Source: Oopsacas minuta (Eukaryota > Animalia > Porifera). Taken from it: DNA of 64,000 nt. The stretch lies in NCBI GenBank assembly GCA_024704765.1, contig JAKMXF010000222.1, positions 682,001 to 746,000 of the forward strand, given 5' to 3'. The position numbers were made by a program, and so were the translations under genes. Shown in pieces: positions 1 to 14,069 of this stretch. Numbering within the stretch: the stretch's first letter is position 1; every line of letters begins with the position of its first letter. The notes below the pieces were generated by a model. The model was not told the DNA's origin. It saw only the letters and a list, made by a program, of their open reading frames with translations, and made no database searches.

Positions 1-885
1 TGAGACTGTGGACGGCCGAAAGTGTTATATTATGTAAATGTCTGGAACATTTGAGTATCCCATTAAATATCCTTTATTGAAGTAAAAACATTGAATATTT
101 CAACGGCGAGGATGAGAAACAAGTATAATTGAAATCGAGAAAGTTGTCCATTCCATAGCAATATTATAAAGAAAAATCACCCGATAGACAATAAACCCAT
201 TATACCAAATACTGCTAAATAAAATTATTTTTCGATAGCTAACATATATACGCCAATTGAGGAAAATTATAAGGGCTGTATATTATTTGCTAAAATTAAG
301 GCATGTACTAATCCTGCATTCTGTAAATCACTAATATATATAATAGGATAAATAAGTAGAACAGATTTTCAATTGTTTAGACAGTCAGTTAAACAAAAAC
401 CCAGAATTCAGAAGAATACAAATACGGATTATTGTAAATGGGATCTACGAATAAACAATTTATACACTAACTTGACAACTAGAAAACCCGATTGGACAAA
501 ATGGCCCGATTTCAACTGTATATAACTTAAAATAACATGGCCTAAATAATTACTTTAAAATAAGAGAAATATATAATTATAAACTGTGCCGACAGCTTAG
601 TCCATCAATTAAATTTGTTTAAAAGTGGCGCTATTAATTGGAGGCACTACGCGTATTGGGATTAAGCCTAACCATTTTTAGAGAAGGGTTTACTGGAGAA
701 AGTTCGATAGGTACAAATTCAAGAGTGTGAAAATTGGAATCAGCGTATTGAAATACACACTATTGCTGTTTAGAACAATCTTCTACGATTATTCAAAGGT
801 AATATAATCAGGGAAATACATATCTTTTAGATGATCCATTGTGAATTTGAAATATATTTATTCATAAATATTATAAAATAATTAA

Positions 886-1726
886 AGGGGGACGCTGTAT
901 TACGTCGAATTTTGATGTTGTCGATAGATTGAATTTACTGATTGAATAATAAATTTATAATTTTGAAAAACATAATAATTAATGAAGAGGATGAAATAGA
1001 ATGAAAAACATATTGAATGAAACTAAGACGTGTTAGCACTTTTTATTTTGTTAATTAGAAACGGGTACCATTGGGAGGGGATTAGGGACTTAGTTGACTA
1101 CCTTCTGGATCTGGGAGTTGTTATTCGTATTATCTATCGTCGTGTTTTTGTCCGAGGGTTTGTTTTTACGCACTTGCGTATCCTGGGAATTTATGTGTGT
1201 CAACGTATGGTATATGTTTTGTTTGTTTTTGTTCGTTTTTTTGTATTCGATTTGTTGTCTTGTGTGTTTGTTAGTTGTTCTGTTTGTTTCATTTGGTATT
1301 TGTTTTTCTGCTTGTTCTACGTGTTTTATTTATTTGGTTGTTTCTTGTGTTCCTTTTTGTTTGTTTGTTGTTTGTTTTCTGTCAGTGTTGTTTCAGTTCT
1401 ACAGGTTTTCTGGTTTTTGTCTTTGGTATAAGTTATGTACTTTTGTATTGTCATGTATTATGTAGTTCTGGTTCATTTTCTGTAGTCTATTTCGCCATTC
1501 GCTTTCCTTTCGATCTTGGCTTTTAAGGGGTGTGCAAAAACACCTACCAAAGTAGCGCATTTATAGCCTCTAAGATCGCAACAGATCCCTCTGAAGGGTT
1601 GGATCACCTGCTGCGGAAATTTCCTCCCTTCACTCATTCTACTGGGACATAATGTCAAAGAGGTAACAACTAATAAATTCGATCTATCGACAACATCAAA
1701 ATTCGACCTAATGCATGCGCCCCAAT
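886..1726. mobile_element. Non-autonomous TTAA-flanked TIR element, Kolobok-like
   Basis: TTAA at 882-885 and 1727-1730; about 55-bp imperfect TIRs with a 37/39 core (attacgtcgaattttgatgttgtcgatagattgaattta); degenerate purine-rich left terminus. Confidence 0.65.
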
Positions 1727-1910
1727 TTAAGCAATTGTTATACTAGATATTCAATTAATCCATATATACAGCATTAGAAGAACTTATTGTTTAACTAATA
1801 AATATTTAACACCCAAGAACAATAGAATTATTACTGATGATATGCTATATGAAACACATTATATTAATTGTTAAGGCCAATTTTAGATGCACATTATGGT
1901 TGGATAGTGG

Positions 1911-2736
1911 CAGTGGCAGCCATAGGATATCGGGGGCTCTTGTGCAATGTTTTTTTGAGGCCTCCTTCTCAATTATAAATAAAAAGATGCAAAATTATGA
2001 ACATGGCACATGCATAACAGGGAGCGGATCCAGAATATACCTAGGGGGGTCTAAGCACGAGCGCAGCGAGCTATCCTAAGGGGGTGCCCCCAGAATTATA
2101 TTTTAATATTAGACACTGAAATAGCGATCTAAGGACATTTCTACCACATATAGAGAGATAAATTTAAATTAATTTATCTTATTATTCATTAATTTTTAGA
2201 CAGAAATTCAAAACTGAAATTTTGGTTCCATTTTAATTCTCGCTAGGAACACCAAGGAGGGGTCCTAGGACCCCCAGGGCCCCCCACTTGGATCCGGCCC
2301 TGCATAAGTTTCTCCTGTAATATAACTAATTAGAACTTTCGTGACAGATATCTTATAATACACGTAAAGACGATTTAATGTTTGTGAAACTATATTTCTA
2401 TATAATGTATGCGCACAAGAGATGAATAACTAATAAATTCCCGACCTAAGAGGAAAAATGTCTAAATTCAAACCAATTCAGGGAAATTTAAATTCTTGTA
2501 GTAGTCATACCCTATGTTATTGACTAATGTAATTTCAAATTTCATGAATACATAATTCAACTAAACAATTAACTATACTCAACCTAGAATAAAGGTTGAC
2601 CTGGGATTTTGTGGACCCAACATTCCCCAAAAATCTCGGTTAATCTCCTTTCCTTCCAAATGATCTCTTTGGGGGCCCCCATACTATCGGGCCCCTGTGC
2701 ACCGCACACCCTGCACACTCCATATGGCCGCCACTG
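1911..2736. mobile_element. hAT-type MITE
   Basis: TIR cagtggcagccatag / catatggccgccactg; perfect 8-bp TSD gatagtgg. Confidence 0.9.
2018..2302. mobile_element. hAT-type MITE nested in 1911-2736
   Basis: TIR cagggagcggatcca / tggatccggccctg; only a 5-bp flanking duplication (cataa) remains. Confidence 0.7.
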
Positions 2737-3537
2737 GATAGTGGTGTCTATTTTTTAATTTGTGGGAAAACAAAGAGTGATTTCAATAATTTTGTGAGTG
2801 ATTATCTGGAGAATTTCTTTGTGAATCTTAATGTCTTTTGGTCAAGAAATTATGGATAAAATTCTGTTGGTGGTATAAATGGTCAAAAAGTGTGATAATT
2901 GTGTCGTAATGTGTCGTAGGAAATTTTTTAACTTAATCTACACTCAGTAGATTATCTGTGACATTGGGTATAACTTTGGGCTCTAAAACGCAAATGGTAT
3001 GGCTAGGGGAGTTTAACATATAAAAATATAACAGAACCGCTGATTTCAGAACTGGGCACTATACTATAGTGTAGTCGGCCCAGTAAAATAAAGAGCATGT
3101 GTATGATATTTCTAACCAGTTTTCACACATTAATAGCATTTGTATTAAAACACACCAGTGTATCCAAATTTAACAAGGGGGGCTCCGCCCCCGTGCGCCC
3201 CCCTTCTTATACACTGTTAGTGTGATAACACACGAACAGTGCTAATCAGTCATTAAAGAACCTAACCCCACTATTCTCATTAATCCATAGTCTTAACTTC
3301 CGCGAATTTGTCGTTCGCGGCAATTTTCAGGAACGTAACCACCGCAAAGGGAGAGGTATTTCTGTATATAGAATTATCTAGAATTGTAAATTTGTAATAA
3401 CCGGAAATTCGACTATCCATTATTCCATATGCGAATACTAGAAAGTAGAAACCAATATATAAAATGCTTGAATTTAAAATATAGTATTCTATTAATAGTG
3501 AGTAGCAAATGCTTGAATCTTTATGACTAAAATATAC

Positions 3538-3786
3538 CTAGACTTCCATGAAGTCTTCGCCTATTACGTTCATTAGGTCCAGCAACACTACTCTTCCTAG
3601 GTGTAGTTGTAAGATCTGACCTAGCTATCTCTTTTAGAGCAGTATTTTGAGGAAGATCAGGCAGTCGGGGGAGAGCAGGTCTCATGTTCGGAGCTACTGG
3701 CTGTTTAGGGTTAGCTTTCTTTTGATTGAGAGCAGAAGAAAATCTGCTATTCCATATTGTGTCCAGAAATGGAGCAAAGCTTCCAG
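3538..3786 (-). CDS. ARHGAP35/ARHGAP5-like: p190 exon: last pG2 helix and Pro-rich linker
   Basis: ccccaatttag|ct...g|gtatat; GSFAPFLDTIWNSR resembles EIFHPFFKDVVEKK, followed by a low-complexity P/R/S-rich stretch; 83 open codons, phase 1-1. Confidence 0.8.
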
Positions 3787-6700
3787 CTAAATTGGGGTAA
3801 GGATAATTTCGAAGCAGGACAATATCGGCATGTATACATTTTCAGTATGTCAAATGAGTCATTTCAAGGTGCACTTAAGAACATCATAACAGTGGACCAT
3901 CACTCTGGCGACATAAATTAATTCCTTGTAGTAACGTAGTGCTGAGACAGACAGACAGCACGGCTGTATAAATCAAATCAAATATTCGATATACTACATA
4001 ATTAAGGATTTCTAAACATTTTTAGGTAATACAAGCAAGCTTTCGATTCTTGCATACAAGGCTTCCAAATACAGTCAACATCCGGAAACTCAACCCGTTA
4101 ACTCGAACATTAGCTCTCTCGAGCGAATACGAAACGAATTTACTGTAATAATAATAATACCAATACACCTAATTCATGACATACAGTTGAATGCTATATC
4201 ACAGATATCAGCCTCTGTCGTCCCCTAGGGAAACGGCCAGACCTAAGTTCCCCAAATTGGCACTAATATGAGCTTTGTGCTATCTACAATATTAAAACGC
4301 AATTAACCTGTATATATACAGGCCTGAATTAAGGCACGTTCAGAGTGTGCAGCTGAACAGGCGGCACACCACCAGAGGGGGAGGATCATGATTAACAAAA
4401 TTTGATCTCACTGCAATTTTTTTTTGGTCTGACTTTATTATGAGTTTTCAGAAATTGTCAGTGCTTGTATACCTACAAAGTGCAAACCATTTCTGTTGAT
4501 ATTTTTTGCTGAAAGCTGGCTAATTCATAGACTAGATTTTGAAAAGAGGGAAAAATGCTGGCGGAACGCAGGTACTTTCCCACCTTTCACATTTTAATAC
4601 TGTATATATTCAATTTGAAATAATTTCATCATTTTTTGCACCTAATTTGGAGTTTTATGTCAAAATCGAAAACTATAGCAACGCCACGGAATGTGACTTA
4701 AAAAGGCCCCTGTTTACTCTCACTGGAATAATTGGAATGGTTAAGATTGAAAGATTCGAGACCAGTATTCGGTAGCATTTGCCGAATATTAGGTCCGAAA
4801 GTTCGGCCTAAAACAATTTCGGTCGATCACTATCTGCGACAATAGTGTTCTTGCTCTGTGAGTCGTTGTGCTAATTTGAATAGATTTCTTTTAAATTACT
4901 ATATGCTGCTAGAATAATATTATAAATCTCAATGGTCTTTAGATTGGAATTTGGTACATGAATAAACCGCTCTCATCCAAAGCACCAAGCGATATATTTT
5001 CTGGCAGTTATAAGGCAATAAGTTAAGTAATTTAATCGATATGCCGAAAGACTTGGCAATAAATATGGGATAATCCCCACTCGGAAGAATATATAATGAT
5101 AAGTACAGCGCAACCTCTATAAGCGGAGAGTGGAGGATGCCTCATACCATCGAAATTTACCTTTATAAGTGGGGAAATCTAGGATAAATATTTTGAATAA
5201 TCAAATTTGTGCTAAATTTGGAAAAACACCCTTATCAATTGCAAGCTATGATGGATTGAAACTTTTTGGTTTCTGAGAAGAAATGCCTTACTAATTATTT
5301 AATTCAACCAACAACCTTAGGATATAAGATAATAATCAAATATCATTGAAAAACAGTCGATGGAAGAAGTGGCTATAAACATTGACTGAAATTTGCATTT
5401 GAATGTATAACTGAGGAATGGGGAGTAACAGTAGATTCGCAGGCCCGACTTCTCCCACTTATAGTGCTAGCAATAATGTGTGGTTCCTAGACTATCTTCA
5501 ATATCTCATGGTATATAACTTAGCCAGATATAGTGATCAATATTTCAACTATATATCATGCATTTATAGTTATAATTTTTCAAAATACAGAAGATTTGTA
5601 GCTGTAAGAAATGAGAAATGGATATATCTATCTATAACCGCATCTCAAAATTTTAGCATTTTTTTCAAACCTAGAGTCCTAGATGTTATATGTAGGTTGA
5701 CAAAATAAATAGTGATTGGAATAGGGATCACACGTTATGGCCTCTAAACTTGTGCATTGTGAATGAATATGGTAGTCAAGTCAACCCCTTAATGGCCAGA
5801 GTAGCTAGAATCAGCTCTAGGTTAACAAGTAAAAAAGCTTTATTCCAACTAATATAACACCATTGCCTAACCGCAGATGAGTATTCAACAATTCCAAAGC
5901 TCATCGATATCACCATCACACCTGATAAATAATAACAATACATTTAAGGTAATGTCCAGGAGTTAGGCTTAGATTGAGGGAGCAATTAATATATTGAAGG
6001 AATTTATAAGGACAATATTAAAGCTATAACACTATATTATGATCAGATATCCTCATAACAATATTCTTTCAAGATCATATAAACAACTTAATTGAATCAA
6101 TAATCAAGTTATCCCCAATGCTCTAATTATTACACAATAGCTGAGCTAGAATACACGTATTCTAGCTCAGCTATTGTTGCCAGAATTGAAACCGCCACTT
6201 GTTAGAAAGCAGGTGCTAGTATAAATTTTGCTGAGCGAGAGTAACGAGCGAATAACAATTATTTCTCAGATAAATAAATCATATTAATTATCATGACAGT
6301 AGGAAGCTCGCGGAAATTGGGGCAGCTGAGCAGCACATAGCCAAATTAGAATGATTCTGTAAATTGGGGTTGCCAGGCAGGGGTGTAGTTCCAGAAAAGA
6401 ATAGTGTGGGATGTGACTAGTAAATAACCATGGTTCAGAAGGACCAAGATTGAAAACTCTTAATAATATTTAATTTTTCCAATAACATTTGTGTAAAAGA
6501 AAATTAGTGGGGGCAATCTCTGTTAAAACAGTGCCACAGATGAAGCACAAGAATTAATAAGTTAATAACGGAGACACCTTTGTTCTTAATCTTTTGAAAT
6601 ATTAATCCTATTCAGACCTGTATATTTCAGAAATGGCATCAGAATTGCTCCTTTTCAATTGAGATTCGTGTTAGAGGCAATTGATAATTAATGAGGTCAT

Positions 6701-8209
6701 TATCTTTTTGATTAGCTAGGTGTGGCTAGAACCTATATAATGGGAAAATATTGATAGGTTGAGTCCAAGGTATTATTTAGGAGCGCCAGAAGCTCCTCAA
6801 GCCGCATGATTTTTGGCGAAATAATATTTAGGAGCTTGAAAATTGAGGATCCTTTCCTTTGCCAAATACTGATTACACTGTCCGACAAATTTTGAAAGTT
6901 TTTAGCTTCTTTGAACACTATATATTGCCTTATGTCCTATCGAATATGCTGAGTCCGAATCTGAATCCAATAGACTCCATCAAGTAACAATTTTATAGAA
7001 TTCAACGGACAAAATGGAAAATTAAAACAATTCGCAAAAAATATTATTCCAAAATATCATCTAGGCAGGTAAAACCTGTAAGATTTTTAAACTTCAGAGT
7101 TTTTAGAACAAATATAAACCAGAACGAGCAAGGTATAAGCTAAATTGGTCAATTACTAACGAAATCTAGAATCATACACAAAAAATGAGAAATATCTCAA
7201 AAGATCGTAAAATGCTACAGAAATAACAGGTTTAGCCAACGAATTCAATATAATCGCTAGTTTAAAATGCTAATAAGTTTTACATGACTACTTGCTATTT
7301 AGGTATAAATATTCATATCAAAGTGTATTATAAGGGTATGGGAAGTTGGGTATATGGTATAAAATAGCTATACTGATTTAACAATTAACTTTTACGATTA
7401 GTAAGTTAGAGGTGGATATTCTGAAAATGTGTCATCCTGGTCACTACTGTAACTCAGGAATAAACCAACATTTGTATTATCATAGCATACTATAAAACAG
7501 GCATGACTGTAAGATGTAAATTTGGGACTAGGGATATGTAATACGATGGAACAAATTTGATGTGATTTCTATATTGCAGAAACAGTGCATTTTTGCATGA
7601 ATAAATGTATGCATAATTGTAGACCAACAAATTATCAACCATTATATGCTAAGAAATTTCAGGAATGTGTCTAAATATGTGTATAGTAAGCATTTATTTG
7701 TAAAACTAAGTGTTTCTTTGATGTCTTTTAGGAGGTTAAATATTGAATCTTTCATCTCAAAGTGATTATAGGAAATGATCAATAAATACATTCATATAAA
7801 ATATGAGTTACAATAAAGACCAGGTAAATACCCGACTTCCAATACTCTTTTACTACATTTTGATATGATATATCTGAAGATTATCACGTAAAGTAAAACA
7901 TACCCATAAATGAATGGGACGCTGCATTTGTTCGAAATTTTGTTGTCACATGTTCGACTTTTGTTAAATGATTAAACAAAGTTTTTTAAAATATTCATGT
8001 TTTTTGACAAAGACAAAAGTAGCAACAAACAGTGGCGGCGCTAGCTAATCGCAACTGGTGGGGCACATGTGACTTAACTGGGGCAAACTTACATCAATGA
8101 GGTAGGCACAGGCCCCCACCTGACCCCATCCTCGCGTTGCATCTGGTAATGAATTATTTTCTTGTCACCAGCAATGGCCCAGAAAGAGTTTGTTTTGATA
8201 ATTATAGTT

Positions 8210-8211
<2 letters not shown>

Positions 8212-8274
<63 letters not shown>
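8212..8274. repeat. (GTT)21 microsatellite
   Basis: 21 perfect units; explains the spurious poly-Asn ORF 8089-8283. Confidence 0.98.
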
Positions 8275-8289
8275 GGTTATCATTGGTTA

Positions 8290-8868
8290 CTAACGCGCTT
8301 CGCTTGCTAGGTCACGATAGGTCAGTGCTTCAGATTAGCTCAGGTACTGAACAGTCAAATTTTATAGTCTTATTGGTCCTACGCGACATGATATATTCGA
8401 AGGTAAGTGCCTCAAATTCACAGAATGGCGAAAATTTTAAGATTATATTATCCATGGTCCATTCAAATTACATTGAATGGCCTTCTGTGATAGTACTAGA
8501 GCTGCTATATGGCCTTTGGTTAGTAATCTGGGCCCTATGTGCCTCATGTATTTACAAATTCTGAAATTTTATTGTACAGTCATGATGACGTAATACTCCC
8601 ATGATGAGTTAGCTTTTGGTCAGAATCATGATTTCTATCATGTATATTGGCTGGACAGTTGTTAGTAATGTGATTCTTCGAAAATCCAAAAAGGTGGCAA
8701 TGACATTATAATTTCGTCATAGGTCAGAATTTTCGTCCAAGACTCGACAGTGTCCGAGCAAGGCCCAAAATACCCTCCCCCTGTATGGCAAAAATCAGCA
8801 CTGGTGGCCCTCCAATTTCTTTAATCAATTCTGGTCAAACATACATATATATTATACACATATATAGA
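8290..8868 (-). mobile_element. Non-autonomous Helitron-like element (family A; many partial copies across the window)
   Basis: On the minus strand: A|TC tatata 5' end and a GC-rich 3' terminal stretch (gacctagcaagcgaagcgcg) ending TTAG|T; no TSD; the same internal sequence recurs near 21.2, 24.3, 39.8, 45.0 and 56.3 kb. Confidence 0.75.
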
Positions 8869-9150
8869 TAAATTTGTTTTAATATTAATATAGATTATTG
8901 ATTAATATCACGTATTTATTAGTAATTTATTTTAAAATATAATGCTTCATTAATTACATTAAATACTTCGCTCTTTTCAAATATTTCAGCTAATAGCTAA
9001 CAAACGGGGAAGTAGTATACGTCAAAGAATGATGTAGTTCATCAAATTTAGTTTACTAGACACAAACCTAGAATGCAACTATTGCGAAGTTGATAAAGCA
9101 CATTGTAATATATCATATATGTTCATTATAATTCTTAACTAGTAGTTCAC

Positions 9151-9323
9151 CTGTCCATGTACTCTGCGAGGTACCAATAAGATGAAGTTTGTAATGCATT
9201 GCAAACGTTCTGGCTTCATGCAAAAGCTCTTCTGCATTCCGAGTTAACTTGTTTGTTTTAAGGTCTCCAAGCATTGCGATCAGCAGAACTGGTGCTAATT
9301 TCATGTAACGATGAGTGAATAGT
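9151..9323 (-). CDS. ARHGAP35/ARHGAP5-like: p190 exon: pG2 C-terminal half
   Basis: ttaatag|a...g|gtgaac; LAPVLLIAMLGDL...EELLHEARTFAMHYKLHLI resembles IPIQLVALTD...REQLTEGEEIAQEIDGRF. Confidence 0.85.
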
Positions 9324-9681
9324 CTATTAATAAAATTTATTATGTCATAAAGATAATACAAACACTAGATTTAAACTTCCAAGGTGATTAATAAATTAAT
9401 CAATTACAGTAGAAATCGACCCAGATATACCCTCGCACACTAATCTTTGCTTTGTGCCCCTGAGGGGCACGTCTTATCCAAGTTCCACAGCATACGCATA
9501 TCTAAGTATATGCTAGCTCTTTCGCCTATTCGTGTCAATAAATTTAAATATCATAATGCTATTCTGATTATCTACACTACATTCAGTACAACAAACTTAA
9601 TCATGAAACGGATCTACTGTTAAACTTCACACTCAAAGTGCACAAAATTTTATATATAAGGTAATTCCCAATAATCCTCAC

Positions 9682-9766
9682 CTACAAATCTCCCAAGCTG
9701 CTTTATTCTCCACTGAAAATATGAAAATGAATCCATGACGAGTCTCGCTCCGTATATCATTATAAT
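9682..9766 (-). CDS. ARHGAP35/ARHGAP5-like: p190 exon: pG2 central strand and helix
   Basis: ttcttttag|at...ag|gtgagg; YNDIRSETRHGFIFIFSVENKAAWEIC resembles [21 protein letters not shown]. Confidence 0.85.
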
Positions 9767-10506
9767 CTAAAAGAATATAAATAGATTAGCAATCAACACC
9801 AATTCTTATGTTTGGGTGTATTGTATCGTTGAATACATACATATGTACAGGGGCGTAGGAACAGATCCGGCTAGTGCGGAGGCCACCTGGCCGATATTTC
9901 GCAGCATTATTCCTTTAGTATACCGAGATATTAGCTTACAGTGGATATGTTTAGTTTGTGTACAGTTGATGTCCCTTGGGAAACTGACTAAGGCCAAACC
10001 CTAATCGATTCTTATGTCGAGAAAAATATAATAGCAATTATAAAGACTGGAATAAACTTGAGACCAAAAAGTAATTACAACACTAATGGACAACTGTATT
10101 ACGCGTACGTCAATAATATTTCTCTACTTAGTACATAATATTTATACACACAACTGTCTCCCTTCGATATTTGCCAAGAAAAAAGAACTTAGTCCATCCC
10201 CTTAATCGAATCTGCTCGCGTTTATTCCCAATCACTCATTTATTCATTATATTCGATGCTGTATTGAGAAGGAGAGTGTATAGACTGAACACTCAAATCC
10301 GGGTTCAGAAAGAAAACTTTGCGTTAGGATACTGACATAAACTTCTTGCGTTAGGATACCAATAACAATTTCTCTTGTCTGCCGGACGAAGAGAAATGTG
10401 CTTCCTACGCCCCTGAGTATGGAAAAGCATACTAATTTATAATAGAAATAGTAAGGGCGGATGCTTCCCGGAGCATTTAGTTCACTAAATATGACGTAAT
10501 ATACAT

Positions 10507-10824
10507 CAGAGATGGAACCGGTCGGGTCGGGTACCGGTCGAAGATCTCGACCGGCCGGTCATAATTTCTGAATATGGTAAATCTGAATTTGATACTGTAA
10601 TCATATTGACCAAAAACTTCAACTTAGCAGTTCGATTAAACTAGAGCAAAAGAGATTTTCTACTTTCTGCTATATCCACAGAATATTCAACATATTCTCG
10701 CAGTGTGTCACTCGTGTCACAAGTGGCAGGTTGTTCCAATACTTTTGGCCAGGGAGTGTATAGTCAAAGTTACCAGTCGACCGGCTGGGTCGGGTCATGA
10801 AAAAGCTGACCGATTCCATCTCTG
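10507..10824. mobile_element. hAT-type MITE
   Basis: TIR cagagatggaaccggtc / gaccgattccatctctg; subterminal ggtc/gacc repeats; perfect TSD atatacat. Confidence 0.92.
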
Positions 10825-10922
10825 ATATACATAGATCGGACCAGTCCATAGTGCAGTGAATATTAGATTGAAACTACAGGCATGCTGAAATAATGATAAT
10901 AAACAAAGAATAAATGACTGAC

Positions 10923-11101
10923 TGAATACAGTAAAAAAGGATGAAGAAATAGTGATTCTAGTATTGTAATTGAGAACTGAGTCGAATAGTATCTTATAGT
11001 TATCCTGAGAGCCTTCCATCCAATTCATCTGGTTCTGCAGAAAAGGGATCAACACTTGGCCAGATTTAAATTTATCATCTGGCAAACTCAATACAGCCAC
11101 A
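10923..11101 (-). CDS. ARHGAP35/ARHGAP5-like: p190 exon: pG2 N-terminus
   Basis: ttcttttag|t...a|gtcagt; VAVLSLPDDKFKSGQVLIPFLQNQ...TRITIS resembles [24 protein letters not shown]...KRIELS. Confidence 0.8.
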
Positions 11102-12071
11102 CTAAAAGAATGCATTATTACTACAGTCACATCATTAAGACCCCAAACCATATTGATAAAATACTATAAATTAGTGGTCTTATCTGGGGAGGAAGTCAGG
11201 TATTTACTAGGTACAGAGTAGGAATAAGTTTTTTCAGAAGCAGCAATACAAATGTATATTCGCGAAGGGTCGTCAAACGTTAATTAAACTACACAACGAA
11301 AAATTCCATAATATTTGCTCCCTAACCCTCCCTGTGTCACAGTTTGCATTACAACAGCATGAGGCCACAGTGCTTATCTAATGGTAAATACATTCATCCA
11401 ACGAAAAATACATTAGAAATAATTAGTTCATATGATCAATCATCAACCAAGACCATTATTTCCTGGATATTCGGACCGACTGGGCCAAATTGAAAAGCCG
11501 GACCAAAACATCTGAAAAATTCGGTCCGGAGAATGTTTAGGTTCGACTGACCAAATATGTGGTGGCAGATCATGGCTCATGGGTATTGTCGAGCGGTGGA
11601 GTACTAATGAATGGCAACACTCTTCTGGGCTGAGGCGAAGTCTTAAAGTGCCGCCACAGAACTACCAGAATATGAAGTAAGCAGTATTGTTTGGGTGACC
11701 AGAGGGTTTTACCAAAAGCTGGACATTATCAGGTTTTCCGCACAACGGGTGCGATAGGTCCGGCGAGCACCGTACCCTAATATCCGCTAAATCTGACAAA
11801 TTTCATGTTCTGAATACCTTTAATACTAGAGTGAAATTAAATAGAGCAGTTGGGTATTATAGCACTATTTACGTATAGAAATGTGGCACAATGTCCTACA
11901 CATGACCAGGTATGATATCTGAGGTGCTGCTTCGCTGGACCACTTTTTGAAACGATGCCCCGCCACTGTGTTGTGTAATTCTAAAGAGTAAAATGAACTT
12001 TCATTAAGTATTGCAAGTACTCTGACACAGTATTTATGATAGGGTTGTATTTAATATCAACTTTTTCATTA

Positions 12072-12239
12072 CAGTGGAATCTCTCAAAACGGATAATCCC
12101 AAAAGCGGACAAGCTCGTGGAACGAAATAAGTTAATAATACATGTAAATAATACTTAATCAATCTCTGAGAAGCCGACATCTCACGTACAAAGGACAAAA
12201 TCTAATCCCCAATGTGTCCGTTATTGGGAGACTCCACTG
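12072..12239. mobile_element. Tc1/mariner-type MITE
   Basis: TA|cagtggaatctctc...gagactccactg|TA. Confidence 0.8.
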
Positions 12240-14069
12240 TATGTGAAATCTAAATTACTAACTACGATCTCTAAAACAATAATTTAACCCAAAGTGTTAA
12301 TTCAATGTCACTGTTTTCACTTTCCACCTTATAAAGATCATCGTTGTATTTTGGCAGCTGTGATTTGCAAAAGAAGATAGATAATATTCTTACAATATGT
12401 ATTGTACATATCCCTAGGCTTTCATCCAGGCGCGTATTTACAAAAAATTTGTATAGTTAGGAGCAAGAAAATTTTGAGAGTTCGGCGCGTGTCACGCTCC
12501 TATACTAGGCGTGCTGTATACGGCTAATTCCGGTGAGTAATTTAATGGGTTACGTAACAATCATAAAGGTCAGGGAGACAATGAATAAAGAAGAATATAC
12601 AATGTTAGGTCAATAGTTAATTATTTATAGTGAAAGATTCTGGATGACACCTCTGGAATGTAGTATTAACCGTATAATATGTAATGGATGTAAGGTTTGC
12701 TTAAAATTTAAGTTTGATGCTTCGAAAATTCAAATAGTCTAGGCGGGTAATTGAAATCGAGAACTCATTTAAGCGCGCTACATATAAAAGCTGGAAGAAA
12801 CCCTCATATACCCTCTCATTCTTCGCCCCGTAGACCAAGTAAACTTCCACTGGGTGTGGCAGAATCCCCGATGGGAACAACAGCTCCATAGTAAGGACAA
12901 TAATTCGATTTACTTCGATCCCAGTTTTAATCCCGGTTTTGTTCCCAGCCCTGTGAAAATTAGATTCCCGTTCACGGAAAAGATATTGGTCCTGGTCGAT
13001 CACTATGTGTCAGTGAATAGGTATTACATGATGACAGGAATTGAATCCCTGGACAAGTTAGGGAAGCGAGCGAGAAAAAAATTTTAGTGACTATGGACTT
13101 TACCCAAAGTCAAGGGATTTTATCCAAAGTAGAGGGATTAATGTGACAAAGGATGGCAGTAATTAAGGCTTAAGATGAATTTAAAAAGTACCGCGGGGAC
13201 TGACTGCCCCTTTTTTCCCCCCTCTCGGCATGCCTCTGATGTCGAGTGACCTTGGAGTGCAGGACGTTGCAGGCTTAGGTAACGAAACTAGTGCTAATCA
13301 CAATTTTTAATGATAAAGGCCAAACATAAAAATATTTTAGATAGGGAATAATGATAACTGAGGAAGTCATATAACGGGAAAGAGAGTGTAAAATGTTAAG
13401 AACCACTGATTTAAGCTAAATCCGATGAACAGATGCGACCGCCTGTCACGCAGCAACCTAGCAAGCGAAGAGCGCTAGTTGTAATTAACTACATTTTGAA
13501 ATTTGACCAAAATTGTTGTAATTGGATATAATTGAAAAATTATTAGTTGCACTGTCATTGGATTGCCCAATGTTTCTTTACAACTAGTATATTCAAATAG
13601 CTATACACTAAGCATGGTACTAATTGATGGACTTGGGCCATAGATACGTTAAGTCAATACTAAGGAATTCAATTAGTTGCGATAAATTTCAAACGTTACA
13701 TTTTGGCCTGAATGTATATTAAGGTTTGAAATTACTCGTAGTCTACATCTACAAACTATTTTCAGGTCAAAATTACGTTATTTGCTTTACTTAGCAAATA
13801 TCAGAAAAAATGTTCGAGTTTTGAAACTCTGTAGAGAGTAAATTAATACAATTACGGTTTCAAGATTCATACCATGGGATTTAAGGATGTTATTATACAA
13901 TACATCAAAATATCGTCATGATAAAGTCTGCACAAAAACTCAACTTGGGACAGCTAATTAATACTTATTATGAAAGTATGTAAATTTTAAAGTACGTAAA
14001 ATGTTAAATAATATTTGAAAACGATTTAGCGATTCAGGTAGTAAGATACAAAATGAAAAAATAATCAAC

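Noticed and set aside
1030-1526. Three overlapping hydrophobic ORFs
   Set aside because: Artefact of a T/G-rich low-complexity tract inside a TIR element
2830-2983. Minus-strand EPKVIP...VKKFPTTHYDTIITLFDHL resembling RhoGAP helices
   Set aside because: In-frame TAA in the middle, a missing helix, and no room upstream for the arginine-finger half
5418-5708. 96-aa plus-strand ORF
   Set aside because: No recognisable motif; the upstream flank matches a repeat also seen near 53.16 kb
6733-6918. Minus-strand ORF as a possible extra p190 exon
   Set aside because: The flanking exons already join with correct phase and register; no recognisable homology
10319-10360. Direct repeat ttgcgttaggatac at 26-bp period
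   Set aside because: Only two copies; an ordinary slippage duplication, not an array
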